DNA of 64,000 bases from an uncultured Campylobacter sp. (GCF_905372745.1 NZ_CAJPQR010000003.1:16748-80747), one strand, 5' to 3'. Counted from the stretch's first letter, positions 45,949-55,803 are shown. A program made the numbers and translations. Notes: generated from the letters alone by a model not told the origin.

Positions 45949-46746
45949 ATGCTAGATGCTCTTAGCTTAAATTTTATGCAAAACGCCCTGCTGGCGGGCA
46001 TCCTCGTTAGCATCGCTTGCGGCGTGATCGGCACGCTCACGGTCATAAACCGCATGGTTTTTATCGCAGGCGGCATCGCTCACGGCGCATACGGCGGGCT
46101 TGGCATCGCGTTTTATTTTTCGCTCGAGCCACTGCTTGGAGCGAGTTTGTTTTCCGTATTTTTGGCGCTGCTCATCGCCACGATCACGCTCAAAGATAAA
46201 AGCAAAATGGACTCCGTTATCGGCGCGCTATGGGCGTTTGGCATGGCGTTTGGCATCATCCTCACCGACCTGGCGCCCGGCTACAACGTCGATCTCATGA
46301 GCTATCTTTTCGGCTCGATTTTAGCCGTGCCGCAGGGCGATCTTGTTTTCATGGCGATCGCAAACTGCGGCATACTCGCGTCCGTCGCGCTATTTTACCG
46401 CCAGTTTGAGGCGCTTAGCTTCGACGCGGAGTTTGCGAGGCTTCGCGGGGTGAAGACGACGCTGCTATACTACGCGCTAACGTGCATGATGGCGCTAAGC
46501 GTCGTGATGACGATACGCGCGGTCGGGCTAATACTCGTTATCGCGCTACTCACGATCCCGCCCTACATCGCGGGCGCGATATCAAGCCGCCTTGGCACGA
46601 TGATGCTAAACGCCGCGCTCATCTCGGCCGCGTTTTGCGTGAGCGGTCTGTGGCTGAGCTTTGAGGCGAATTTAACCAGCGGTGCGAGTATCATCCTCAT
46701 CGCTTCGGTTTGTTTTTTTATATTTACGGCGGTAAAAAGGCGGTAG
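45949..46746 (+). CDS. znuB: Zinc ABC transporter permease (ABC-3 family)
   Basis: 265 aa with 8-9 TM segments. Typical ABC-3 composition. Context with znuA and znuC. Confidence 0.88.
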   Translation: MLDALSLNFMQNALLAGILVSIACGVIGTLTVINRMVFIAGGIAHGAYGGLGIAFYFSLEPLLGASLFSVFLALLIATITLKDKSKMDSVIGALWAFGMAFGIILTDLAPGYNVDLMSYLFGSILAVPQGDLVFMAIANCGILASVALFYRQFEALSFDAEFARLRGVKTTLLYYALTCMMALSVVMTIRAVGLILVIALLTIPPYIAGAISSRLGTMMLNAALISAAFCVSGLWLSFEANLTSGASIILIASVCFFIFTAVKRR

Positions 46747-46841
46747 ATTCGGCGTTTCGGGTTAAATTTTAGGTCAAATTTGCGAGAACAATTTATAGTC
46801 GTTCACATATGACACAGGCAAAATGACCCCGCAAAGCCGAA

Positions 46842-47480
46842 TCAGATAAATTCCTTCTCCAAAGGCTGCATTGCGTTGCCGTCTGCGTCAAAAAGCACCC
46901 GCCCGCAAACCTCGCAGACTTCATCTCTTGGCGACGGCTCCTCTGCATCCAGCTGCCACGCGGACATCTCGCCGCACTCGCAGTTTATGACGTAAAGGAT
47001 CTGCCTTTTGCGGCGCTTGCCCCACGGCGCGATATCCCAAAATAGCTCCTCGCGCTTGCCTAGCTTTTTAAAATCTTTCTCGGCGTCCTTGTGCGCGACG
47101 AGCAGATAGTAGGCATCACTATGAAGATCCAAAGTAAAGAGCCTAAAATCGCTCTTTTTGAGCGCCTTTTGAAACTCGTTCATCAAAAACAGGCTCGCAT
47201 CGCCGCGCTCGAAACCCTCTTTTTTCGCTTCTTTTTTGAGCTTTGCATAAATTTTATCGTACTCTAGTGACACGCCGCTTTGCAGCGCATCAAGCCTAGA
47301 GCTGATAAATTTGCCTGTGTCTCCCGTCTCGTCCTCGCCGGCCCAGTCAAGCATCCAAACAAGCCCTTTTGCGATAAGCGCATCCAAAAACTCACCGTCA
47401 TTCATCTCGCCTATCTTCTCAAAACCGCCCGTATCGCCCGCCGTCAAATGCTTTAGGACGCAGCACTGATCTTTCGTCAT
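46842..47480 (-). CDS. Hypothetical protein with a C-terminal CxC...CxxC zinc-ribbon-like motif
   Basis: The preferred ATG is 47480 (AGGAG RBS: caaaggagcgaaaATG). C-terminal VINCECGEMSAW...EVCEVCGRVLF. Confidence 0.55.
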   Translation of the reverse strand: MTKDQCCVLKHLTAGDTGGFEKIGEMNDGEFLDALIAKGLVWMLDWAGEDETGDTGKFISSRLDALQSGVSLEYDKIYAKLKKEAKKEGFERGDASLFLMNEFQKALKKSDFRLFTLDLHSDAYYLLVAHKDAEKDFKKLGKREELFWDIAPWGKRRKRQILYVINCECGEMSAWQLDAEEPSPRDEVCEVCGRVLFDADGNAMQPLEKEFI

Positions 47481-47519
47481 TTTCGCTCCTTTGATTAGAT
47501 TCGTCAAATTTAGCCGCCC

Positions 47520-48413
47520 TTACGAGCCGGCTTCCCGCGATCTTTTATTTTTATAGTAGCTGCCCACCTCGCTAACGACGATGCCAAAGAGTATGAGCCC
47601 GGCTCCTGCTATCTGCACGCCGCTTAGTATCTCGCCGCCGACGAAATACCCCACTATCCCCGCACTCACGGGCTCAAAGGTAAATATGAGCGAGGTTTTA
47701 ACGGGCGTCGTGTAGCGCTGCGCTGCGGTTTGCACGAAAAATGCCAAAACCGTCGCAAACACCGACGTAACCGCGACTGCGACGAAAAACGCCTCGTCCA
47801 AAACGGGCACGACGCCGCGAGGCTCGAAAATCTGCGCCGCGACGAAACAAAGCGCCGCGACGACCGCAAACTGCGCGCTCACCATCCAGTACAGCTCGCA
47901 CTTGCGCACCAAAACGCCCGTGAAAATGATATGCAGCGCAAAGCCCAGCGCGCAAACGACGCTAAGCCCCTCGCCGACGCCGAAACCTAGCTCGCTGCCC
48001 GTTAGCAAATAAAGCCCCGCTGCAGATAAAAACGCGCCGACAAAGGCATAAACCACGACCTTTTGTCCGAAAAACGCGAGCGCGATAAACGGCGTAAAAA
48101 CCGCGTTTAGCCCCGTGATAAAGGCGACGGTAGAGCTTGGAGCGTATTTTAGAGCAAAAGTCTGAAGCGTAAAGGCCGCAAACAAAAGCGCGCCTAAAAA
48201 TGTGCCGAATCTTAGCGAATTAGGATCGATCTTGCGCGTAAATTTGAGGCTTATGAGCGCCATCAACGCAGCCGCGATCAAAAACCGCCAAAACAAAAGC
48301 GTAAAAACGCCGTTGGTCTTTAGCGTCTGCGCCATCGGCAAAAACGTCACGCCCCAGACCACCGCGATCACGAACAGCGCGAGGTCGGCCTTAAATTCGG
48401 TTGATTTTTTCAT
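47520..48413 (-). CDS. EamA/DMT-family transporter
   Basis: 297 aa, 10 TM segments, two EamA repeats. Confidence 0.85.
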   Translation of the reverse strand: MKKSTEFKADLALFVIAVVWGVTFLPMAQTLKTNGVFTLLFWRFLIAAALMALISLKFTRKIDPNSLRFGTFLGALLFAAFTLQTFALKYAPSSTVAFITGLNAVFTPFIALAFFGQKVVVYAFVGAFLSAAGLYLLTGSELGFGVGEGLSVVCALGFALHIIFTGVLVRKCELYWMVSAQFAVVAALCFVAAQIFEPRGVVPVLDEAFFVAVAVTSVFATVLAFFVQTAAQRYTTPVKTSLIFTFEPVSAGIVGYFVGGEILSGVQIAGAGLILFGIVVSEVGSYYKNKRSREAGS

Positions 48414-48635
48414 CTGATTTCTTTAGCTAAATTTAAGGGGCAAATTTAACGCAATTTGACTAAATTCGGGCTTTATCGCGTCAAATTTGAGAGTCGCCGC
48501 CGCCTTGCTAGCTGGCAAACGGAGATAAATTTAAATGAGATAAAATCGCCGCGAGAGTAAATTTGGCGGCGATTTGATAAATTTGATCTTACGGCGGATC
48601 GGCGCTTTGATCAAAACGCCAAAACCCGCCGAAAT

Positions 48636-49523
48636 TTAGGCTAAATTTTCCTTTTTAGCGCGCAGGTAGCTACCTATCTCGCTAATCAAAACTCCGACCA
48701 AGATAAGCGCCGCGCCGCAAAGCCTATACGCGCTAATGTCCTCCGCGCCGATGAAATACCCCATCGCTCCGGCGGTGACTGGCTCTAGCGTGAAAAATAT
48801 CGCCGTTTTAACCGGCGTGGTAAATTTTTGCATAAGCGCCTGCGCGAAAAACGCAAACGCCGTGCCCAGCACGCCCACGACTAGCATCGCTATGATAAAC
48901 GCCTTGTCCACGACGGGCGCGATTTTAGCGTCCTCAAAAACCAAAATAGCCGCAAAACAAAGCGCGATTAGGGTTAAAATTTCAAAATAAACCATATTTA
49001 CGAGGTTGCATTTTTGCACTAGGCGGTTGGTAAGCACGATGTGAAAGGAGTAGGCGCACGCACAAACCAGAGCCAAAATTTCGCCCAGGCCAAAGCCCAC
49101 CTTCGTATCGCCTATCATATAAAGCCCCGCCACCGCAAACGCCACGCCCACATACGCGTAAGAGTAAATTTTATGCCTAAAAAGCCCCGCCGCGATAAAA
49201 GGCACCAAAGCCACGTTTAGCCCGATGATAAAAGCCACAGACGAGGTGTCGGCGTATTTAAATGCAAAAGTCTGACTCACAAATCCCGCAAACAAAAACA
49301 AGCCCAAGATCACGCCGGGTTTTATATCAGGCGCGCTTACGTCCTTTAGCTTTTTATAAAATATCGCCCCGGCTATGATCGCCGCTAGCAAAAATCTCCA
49401 AAACAAAACGCCAAAAACGCCGTTAGTCGCAAGTGCTAGCGAGGTAGGCAGATAGCCTAGACCAAAGACTATCGCAACAAATATCATGCCTACGTCGGCG
49501 CGAAATTCCAAACTATTTTTCAC
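48636..49523 (-). CDS. EamA/DMT-family transporter (paralogue of the preceding gene)
   Basis: 295 aa. Collinear similarity to 47520..48413 (for example FRADVGM/FKADLAL, FTTPVKT in both). Confidence 0.85.
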   Translation of the reverse strand: MKNSLEFRADVGMIFVAIVFGLGYLPTSLALATNGVFGVLFWRFLLAAIIAGAIFYKKLKDVSAPDIKPGVILGLFLFAGFVSQTFAFKYADTSSVAFIIGLNVALVPFIAAGLFRHKIYSYAYVGVAFAVAGLYMIGDTKVGFGLGEILALVCACAYSFHIVLTNRLVQKCNLVNMVYFEILTLIALCFAAILVFEDAKIAPVVDKAFIIAMLVVGVLGTAFAFFAQALMQKFTTPVKTAIFFTLEPVTAGAMGYFIGAEDISAYRLCGAALILVGVLISEIGSYLRAKKENLA

Positions 49524-49537
49524 TATTCTCCCTTATT

Positions 49538-50302
49538 TTACTTAAAAATGCCCTGCAGGATCTTCGTGCCCTGCTCGACCGCGCCGCCTCGTAGCGAGCT
49601 TTCTTTCTCGCTCATCACGTTAAATAGCCCGTCTAGCGTCTTGCGCGTGATGTAGTCGTTTAGATCCTCGTTTTCTTGCGGAACGTATTCGCCCGCACCC
49701 ATGCTAGTAGCGATGCCTTTTAGCTGTTTTGCGGCGTCTGATTTTGCCAGCGCGCTACCCGCGACGAACGAATTTAGCCCGTTATAGGCGGTTGTGAAGG
49801 TATTATCGCTCATCATCTTGGTAATGATCGGCTTAAATACGGCTTGCAGCTTCTGGCTCGAGTTTTGTTGCAAAAACTTCGTAAAGCTATCCTTGCCGCC
49901 TTGTAGCACCTTTTTCACGTCCGCGTCGCTCATGTTTTTTATCACGCCCGAAAATACGTCCGCAGCCCCCGGCACGGCCGCGCTTGCAGCGTTATTTATC
50001 GAGGTTACCATCTCGTTCGCCCACTTTTCGCCGCCAACTTTTTTAGCCAAATTTGCTGCCGTTTCCAGGCTCTTTGGCAGCGGGATTTTAGCCGCGGCGT
50101 TATTTAAAAATCCCCCGTTTGACAGCTCCTTAACGGCGGCGTTTAGAGCCCTGCTAACCGCGCTTTTGTAGTCTCCCGAGTTTGCCGCGCCCAGTATCTG
50201 CGCGCCTTGATTTAGCGTCTCTTTATTTAGCGCGTCCTGCCAGCCTGCCGCCTGCGCCGAAGCGGCGAGTAAAACCGCGCATAAAATCAAACTTTTCTTC
50301 AT
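49538..50302 (-). CDS. Secreted DUF4197-family protein
   Basis: Signal peptide MKKSLILCAVLLAASAQA. Family-like GFLNNAAAKIPLP segment. Confidence 0.7.
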   Translation of the reverse strand: MKKSLILCAVLLAASAQAAGWQDALNKETLNQGAQILGAANSGDYKSAVSRALNAAVKELSNGGFLNNAAAKIPLPKSLETAANLAKKVGGEKWANEMVTSINNAASAAVPGAADVFSGVIKNMSDADVKKVLQGGKDSFTKFLQQNSSQKLQAVFKPIITKMMSDNTFTTAYNGLNSFVAGSALAKSDAAKQLKGIATSMGAGEYVPQENEDLNDYITRKTLDGLFNVMSEKESSLRGGAVEQGTKILQGIFK

Positions 50303-50602
50303 CGCTTTTTCCTTAAAGTAAAATTCGGCGGTTATGATATTAAATTTCAGCTTTTAAACGGGTAAATTTGGCCTTTTTAGAGCGAATTTACCCGCATTTT
50401 TACGGCACGGCGAGTTAAATTTGCAAAAATTTAAATCGCAAATTTGAGCCGTGATTTAAGGGCTAAATTTAAGCGCAAATTTATAAGCCCCGTTCGTCTT
50501 TGCGGCGGGCGATTTGGGGCGTCAAATTTAGCCGCAAATTTGAGCGAGATTAGCCGCAAGAAGTAAATTTTAAACTAAAATTAGCCTTTTTGAAAGGACG
50601 AA

Positions 50603-51163
50603 ATGGAGCTTTTACTTCTCTCTATCGCGCTTGCTATGGACGCGGCGGCGCTTAGCATCGCAAACGGCGCAAAATACCGCAACCTCGCACTATCAAAGAT
50701 TTTATTTATCGCATTTATTTTTGGATTTTTTCAGGCTGCGATGCCGCTTGCGGGCTATTTTTTGGGCGCAGCGTTTGCGAGATTTATCGCGCAGATCGAT
50801 CACTTTATCGCGTTTGCGATTTTGGGTTTTTTGGGTGTAAAGATGATCCGCGAAGCCTGTAGAAACGAACCTGCGCAGGCTGTGAGCCTTGATACGAAGA
50901 TGCTGCTCTCAGGCGGATTTGCCACCAGCATCGACGCGCTAGCCGTCGGCGTGACGCTGAGCTTTACGGCTGCTGATATCTACTTTAGCGCCGCCGTGAT
51001 CGGGATAGTTTGCTTCGCGCTTAGCGTCGCTGCGTTTTACGTCGGTAAATTCGCCGGAGAGTTTTTGGAGCAAAAGGCGCTGATTTTAGGCGGCGCGATC
51101 CTCATCGCTCTTGGTTTTAAAATCCTAATCACGCACCTTTTAGATCACGGGTTTTTGAGCTAA
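50603..51163 (+). CDS. mntP: Manganese efflux pump MntP
   Basis: 186 aa. Duplicated DUF204 motifs ([12 protein letters not shown] and SIDALAVGV). Confidence 0.85.
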   Translation: MELLLLSIALAMDAAALSIANGAKYRNLALSKILFIAFIFGFFQAAMPLAGYFLGAAFARFIAQIDHFIAFAILGFLGVKMIREACRNEPAQAVSLDTKMLLSGGFATSIDALAVGVTLSFTAADIYFSAAVIGIVCFALSVAAFYVGKFAGEFLEQKALILGGAILIALGFKILITHLLDHGFLS

Positions 51164-51285
51164 AGGCTAAATTTAGGATTTAGCGGGCTAGTTTAGCTTT
51201 ACCGCAAGCGAAAATTCGCTAAAATCGCTAAGCCTGCGTAAATTTAAATGCGGCCGGCAAATGCAGAAACATTTTAAGGAAATTT

Positions 51286-52206
51286 ATGAGCGAAAAATTT
51301 AAAATCATAGACGCTTGCGTGCAAGGCGACGTGCGTTATCCTTACGCCCCAAAGCCGTCGCAGGGCAGAGATGCTACGGTAGTGATCTACCCGCCTAGCA
51401 GACTAGCCGAGGGCATAGCCTTTGCCAAAGAACACGACGTGCGAGTCGTTAGGATCGCAGGCAACCCTAGCGTTGTTTCCTCGCTTGATTTTAGCGCATT
51501 CGAAATCTTTCCCGAGATAGAGATTTTAGAGATTTGGAAGGATTTTAAAATCGGCGAAGTAAAGGGCGCGGAGGCGCTTTACGATACTGAGATGCGAGCT
51601 TTGCGATTTTTTGAAAACGCCGAATTCGGGCTTGATTTCTTGCGGTTTAAAAATTTAGAAGCGCTTGAGGCGACGCAAAACAAAAAGATGAAATTTAACC
51701 GCCTGCCGCCTACTTTGCGCTACGCTAAAATTTCAAAACTCTCGCACGAAAATTTGGCCATTTTCCGTGATACGCCAAGACTTGAGCAGCTAGAGCTGGC
51801 TTTTACGAGGATTGTGAACCTGGACGGCATAAAGCGTTGCAGCGAACTAAATTTTTTGTTTATATTTTCCGCGCCTAGGCTTACTAACGTAAGCGAGATA
51901 AATGCTCTAAAAAAGCTAAAGGGACTGTATATCGAACGCTGCAGGCTGCTTAATAGCGCAGCGATAGAAGGCGTGCGGCTAGAGTCGCTGGAGCGTTTCG
52001 ATGCGCGCTTTAACGCGGAAAATTTGAAATTTTTAGCCAATTTTCCGAATTTGCGAGAATTCTTTTTTAAATACGTAGCAGACGGAGATCTAACGCCTAT
52101 ATTAGAGAGCAAAATCAGCGGCTGCGGCTTTGAAAGCAGGGGGCATTATTCGCACACTTGGAGCAAGCTTCACGACCTGCTGAAGGCAAAATACGGCGAA
52201 AAATGA
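51286..52206 (+). CDS. Leucine-rich-repeat protein, no signal peptide
   Basis: Repeated L..L..L.....I..L units (LEALEATQN, LEQLELAFTRIVNLDGI, LKGLYIERCRLLN, LERFDARFN). Confidence 0.65.
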   Translation: MSEKFKIIDACVQGDVRYPYAPKPSQGRDATVVIYPPSRLAEGIAFAKEHDVRVVRIAGNPSVVSSLDFSAFEIFPEIEILEIWKDFKIGEVKGAEALYDTEMRALRFFENAEFGLDFLRFKNLEALEATQNKKMKFNRLPPTLRYAKISKLSHENLAIFRDTPRLEQLELAFTRIVNLDGIKRCSELNFLFIFSAPRLTNVSEINALKKLKGLYIERCRLLNSAAIEGVRLESLERFDARFNAENLKFLANFPNLREFFFKYVADGDLTPILESKISGCGFESRGHYSHTWSKLHDLLKAKYGEK

Positions 52207-52219
52207 AGCAAGATAACGC

Positions 52220-52730
52220 ATGCAGGCTAAAACCGGCGCAAACGAAATGAAAATTTTAGACGACGTCATCGCTCCAAACGTCGGAGTCGGGGGTATATAT
52301 TTGGGCGAAAACGTTAATGATATCTTTAGCAAGTTAGACAAACCAGGCTACGAAATAAACGATATACGCGACGACTGCATAAAAATAAAAGAATCGTTTT
52401 TGGATATTTATTTCGACCCTATAAATTTTGAAATTTCCCTTATCTCGTGCGGCGTAAATTTTAACGGATATTATAAAACGTCAAAAGGGCGCATCTGGGC
52501 GGGGATGAGCGTAGCGGATATCTTTGCAAAATACGACCGAACAGGTCGCTTGGGGCGGATTCGTCGCGGTCGATAGGATTTGGGGTATCGGGTTTCCTTT
52601 GCCGGAAGAATTCGATGATTTTTCCGAATTAACCGATTTTTTAGATTATGATTTCGTTTTTAAAGAATTATGTGTATATAAAGACGCAAACGCGAATAAT
52701 TTAAAGGCCAACAAGCGGCGCAAGCGATAG
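52220..52730 (+). pseudogene. Frameshifted small gene (two overlapping ORFs 52220..52576 and 52524..52730)
   Basis: The second frame opens only at 52515 and has no RBS. The two frames overlap across ..gcaaaatacgaccgaacagg... The joined product would read ..RIWAGMSVADIFAKYD / TEQVAWGGFVAVDRIWGIGFPLPEEFDDF... Confidence 0.5.
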
Positions 52731-52790
52731 AAATTAGAATTTAAAAAATCGCAAAAAATAATTGGCAAGCAAGAGGGTTTGATTGATAAA

Positions 52791-52955
52791 ATGAAAAATA
52801 TCCTTGTTTGGGGCTATCCCGTTAAAGATAACGAAAAAAGAGAAAAACTAAAAATACCGTTTTGCGACCAGATAGGCATTTTGGAGGAATTTAATATTAA
52901 AAAGACGCATCCGCCTTTTAGCTACGAATGGGTCGATACCGGTATAAACGGATAA
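52791..52955 (+). CDS. 54-aa ORF, possibly the N-terminal part of the next ORF
   Basis: The product is MKNILVWGYPVKDNEKREKLKIPFCDQIGILEEFNIKKTHPPFSYEWVDTGING*. The frame of the next ORF opens at 52948, seven nt before this stop. Confidence 0.3.
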   Translation: MKNILVWGYPVKDNEKREKLKIPFCDQIGILEEFNIKKTHPPFSYEWVDTGING

Positions 52956-52965
52956 TATCCATCCT

Positions 52966-53403
52966 ATGCCCGAAGACGTAACTATATGTATAAAATCGAT
53001 AAAAAATATTAGCTTTGATTTCTTGCCTTACGGCCTCGGTTTTTATATCGTTTCAGAAAGACTACTGTCTTTTTTAGAAAAGAACGGGTTTGATTATAAT
53101 TTTGACAAGAGTATCGCGTATCTGGTAAATACGAAAGGAAATTTGCTTACCGATGAGGCGTTTTATCTGGTAAGAATAATCGGATGGAAAATAAAAGAAG
53201 AGGTCGTTTATCCGGATTTAGCCAATCCGAAACAAGGCTTGTCGGCGGCGGCTTATACGGACTCGCATAGAGATATCCTTTTAACTAGAAATTATTGCTA
53301 TTTAAATACGTTAATAGTCAATAAAGATTTAAAAGATGAAATCTTAACTCTTTTTCGTAACCCTTTTTTGTACTCGCTAGGCGAATGGAAAAAGCTATCG
53401 TAA
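52966..53403 (+). CDS. Hypothetical AT-rich ORF (145 aa), with the look of an immunity-type protein
   Basis: There is no RBS before the ATG. The DFLPYGLGFYIVSERLLSFLEKNGF segment resembles polymorphic-toxin immunity families from memory only. This is not verified. Confidence 0.5.
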   Translation: MPEDVTICIKSIKNISFDFLPYGLGFYIVSERLLSFLEKNGFDYNFDKSIAYLVNTKGNLLTDEAFYLVRIIGWKIKEEVVYPDLANPKQGLSAAAYTDSHRDILLTRNYCYLNTLIVNKDLKDEILTLFRNPFLYSLGEWKKLS

Positions 53404-53551
53404 TTGGCGCGGCTTGGTCGGCGACTAAGTTTGGCGTCTTCAAAAAATCGTATATAGGCTTATCGATTATATTTTTGATGCCATTTAAGTAACTAAAATG
53501 CTCGTCGAAACAAATGGCGTTAAGCTCGTTTTGATAAATAAATAATCGCAT
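53318..53551 (-). CDS. Doubtful 77-aa ORF convergent with and overlapping the previous ORF
   Basis: ATG at 53551 with aaaggggtgga upstream. It overlaps 52966..53403 by 86 nt. Confidence 0.2.
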   Translation of the reverse strand: MRLFIYQNELNAICFDEHFSYLNGIKNIIDKPIYDFLKTPNLVADQAAPITIAFSIRLASTKKGYEKELRFHLLNLY

Positions 53552-53591
53552 ACGAATCCACCCCTTTATTACTTGGTTATTTATCTTAAAT

Positions 53592-53911
53592 TTACCCCCT
53601 GCCGCCGTAAAGCACCGCGCAAGCGCCAAGCAGGCAAATCGCGTCGCCGATTAAGTCCCATTTCGTAAAGGCTTGCTTTTCTACAAAATGCAGCCAAAGC
53701 AGCGACGAGACGATGTAGATACCGCCGTAGACGGCGTAAGCGCGTCCGGCGAAGTCTAAATTTACCCGCGTCAAAATATAAGCAAACGCCGAGAGCGACG
53801 CCCCGCCGAGAGCTAAAAACAGCGCGCTTTTGTAATACACGCCCAAAAGCTAAAGCAGCCCAAAATCTCAAAAAACGCCGCCGCGAAATAAAGCAAGATT
53901 TCTTTTAACAA
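53592..53911 (-). pseudogene. ynfA: YnfA/UPF0060 membrane protein gene with a 1-nt frameshift
   Basis: The N-terminal 23 codons (LLKEILLYFAAAFFEILGCFSFW, TTG at 53911 overlapping the xth stop) lie in one frame. The rest (GVYYKSALFLALGG...AYAVYGGIYIVSSLLW...) lies in another. The frames meet at the A4 run 53845-53848 (T4 on the coding strand). Confidence 0.7.
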
Positions 53912-54675
53912 AGTCCGTCCAGATCGATCTCTATGCCGACGGGGCAGTGATCCGAGCCCGCGATATCGCTTAAGATAAACGCATCTTTTAGGCGGTCTTT
54001 GAGGCTTGATGAAATGAAAAAATAATCAATCCTCCAGCCGACGTTTTTGGCGCGAGCGTTAAAACGGTAGCTCCACCACGAATACGCGTCCGCCTCGTCG
54101 CCGCGCACGTGCCGAAACGTATCGATAAAACCGCGCGAGACGACCTCGTCCAGCCACGCTCGCTCGATAGGCAAAAAGCCCGAGGTTTTGGCGTTTGCTT
54201 TTGGGTTTTTTAGGTCTATTTCGCGGTGAGCGGTGTTTACGTCGCCGCAAAATATCACGTCTTTGCCCTGCTTTACGAGCTCCTCTATATACGCCAAAAA
54301 TTTAGCGTAAAAATCCATCTTGTAGGCTAGGCGCGTCTCGTCTTTTTGGCCGTTTGGAAAGTAGATGTTAAAAAGTACGACGTTGCCGAATCTATGCTCC
54401 AAAACCCGCCCTTCGTCGTCGTCAAAAAACGCCGCTTTTTGCGTAACGGAGCTAAATTTAGCCAGACTCATCACGCCGGAATACCCCGCTCTGGCCGCTG
54501 AATTTACGCTGATTTCGTTAAATCCGAGCTTGTAAATCTCGGCAGGCACGTCGCTCTCGCGCACTTTAATCTCCTGAAGGCCCAAAAAATCGGGTCTATG
54601 CTGCTCTAGCCAAGCAAAGCCGTCTTTAGCAGCGACGGCACGCAGTCCGTTTACGTTCCAGCTGATTAGTTTCAA
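53905..54675 (-). CDS. xth: Exodeoxyribonuclease III
   Basis: MKLISWNVNG, GLQEIK, CGDVNTAH and GSDHCPV. Confidence 0.93.
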   Translation of the reverse strand: MKLISWNVNGLRAVAAKDGFAWLEQHRPDFLGLQEIKVRESDVPAEIYKLGFNEISVNSAARAGYSGVMSLAKFSSVTQKAAFFDDDEGRVLEHRFGNVVLFNIYFPNGQKDETRLAYKMDFYAKFLAYIEELVKQGKDVIFCGDVNTAHREIDLKNPKANAKTSGFLPIERAWLDEVVSRGFIDTFRHVRGDEADAYSWWSYRFNARAKNVGWRIDYFFISSSLKDRLKDAFILSDIAGSDHCPVGIEIDLDGLC

Positions 54676-54730
54676 ATTTTATCCTTTGTAAAAAACGGCT
54701 ATAATAGCGAAAAATTTAGAAATTCGGACT

Positions 54731-54985
54731 TTGATGAACGAGCTAGCAAGAGAGATTTTCGCTCAAATTTTGGGCGAGAAAAAGACGGAAATAATTTTAT
54801 TTTTAGCGCAAAATGCCGACGAAAACGGCTTTATTTGCATTAAAATTTCGCAAATCTGCGAGCAAACGAGCGCTAGCAAACCAACCGTCATAGAGACGAT
54901 AAAACTGCTAGAAAGCCGTAAAATTTTCGAGCGTATCAAAAACGGGATTTACCGCTTTAAAAATCTAAAAGAGCTACAAAAATAA
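54731..54985 (+). CDS. Small winged-helix DNA-binding-like protein
   Basis: 84 aa, with TTG 54731 or ATG 54734 as the start. The segment ISQICEQTSASKPTVIETIKLLESRKIFERI looks like an HTH. Confidence 0.45.
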   Translation: MMNELAREIFAQILGEKKTEIILFLAQNADENGFICIKISQICEQTSASKPTVIETIKLLESRKIFERIKNGIYRFKNLKELQK

Positions 54986-55129
54986 GCAAATTTAGCTTTT
55001 TTCGCGCGGCCGTATCTACTTCGGGCAAATTCGGCGCGCGCTAGCAAATCTGCCTAATTTAAATTTAATCGCGCAAAATTTATTCAACCTGATTCGCCGA
55101 AATTTGCGTCAAATTTAATCATGCGGATT

Positions 55130-55618
55130 TTACTGTTCAACCGCAAATTTAACCGACCTTGGCTGAGCGATGCGTTCGTAGTCCTTCGCGTTTAAAATGA
55201 TAGAGCGATCTAGCAAGCCTGCGTTAAAGGCAAGCTCGGCGTAGCGCGTAAATAAGCTAGGATCGGCGATCAGCTCTAGCTCCTCGCAAAAGCTAAACGG
55301 CGGAACGCTGCCGGGTACGCAGTCCGTTAGCCTCTCGACCTCGCCGGGACTCGCTAGGCTAGCTCTAGTGCCGCCAAGTGCGCGCGCGATGAGCTGCAAA
55401 TCAGCCTTGTAATCCGCCGGCAGCACGACCAAAACATATCGTTTGACGTCGCCGCCTTTTATGACGCAAACGAGCGCCTTAGCCCCCTGTCCTAGCTGCG
55501 TGCCGCGCGCTACGGCGACCTCGGCCGAGGTTTTGACGCTTTCGTGAGATACCGCGCGAAAGTTTGCGTTTTGCGCGCTTAGCAGCTCTTTTAGTTTCTC
55601 GAAAATTTGCTCGGACAT
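55130..55618 (-). CDS. YbaK/ProX-type aminoacyl-tRNA deacylase domain protein
   Basis: 162 aa. GAKALVC...VLVVLP...GSVPPF pattern typical of the YbaK fold. Confidence 0.75.
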   Translation of the reverse strand: MSEQIFEKLKELLSAQNANFRAVSHESVKTSAEVAVARGTQLGQGAKALVCVIKGGDVKRYVLVVLPADYKADLQLIARALGGTRASLASPGEVERLTDCVPGSVPPFSFCEELELIADPSLFTRYAELAFNAGLLDRSIILNAKDYERIAQPRSVKFAVEQ

Positions 55619-55803
55619 CGCTATTCCTTTGGTTTAAATTTTAGTTTAGATTATACAGCAAATTTTAAAATATCCGCCTTGCCGCCCCGATTATTTTAAA
55701 GATTTAGCAAGCCAAATGCGTCTAAATTTAAATATTTTTTGGCTATTATTTTGCAAATTTGCCTTAAAATGAACGCAAAAAAGCAAATTTACAAAGGAAA
55801 AAT

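Noticed and set aside
50303-50602. A yybP-ykoY manganese riboswitch, which would be expected upstream of mntP.
   Set aside because: I could not find the conserved GGGGAGUAG-type 5' segment or its 3' partner. The region looks like an ordinary word-rich spacer. A cmsearch would be needed to be certain.
53581-53871. A 96-aa Arg-rich minus ORF overlapping ynfA.
   Set aside because: It is an alternative frame of the ynfA pseudogene. Both YnfA-like frames explain the region better.
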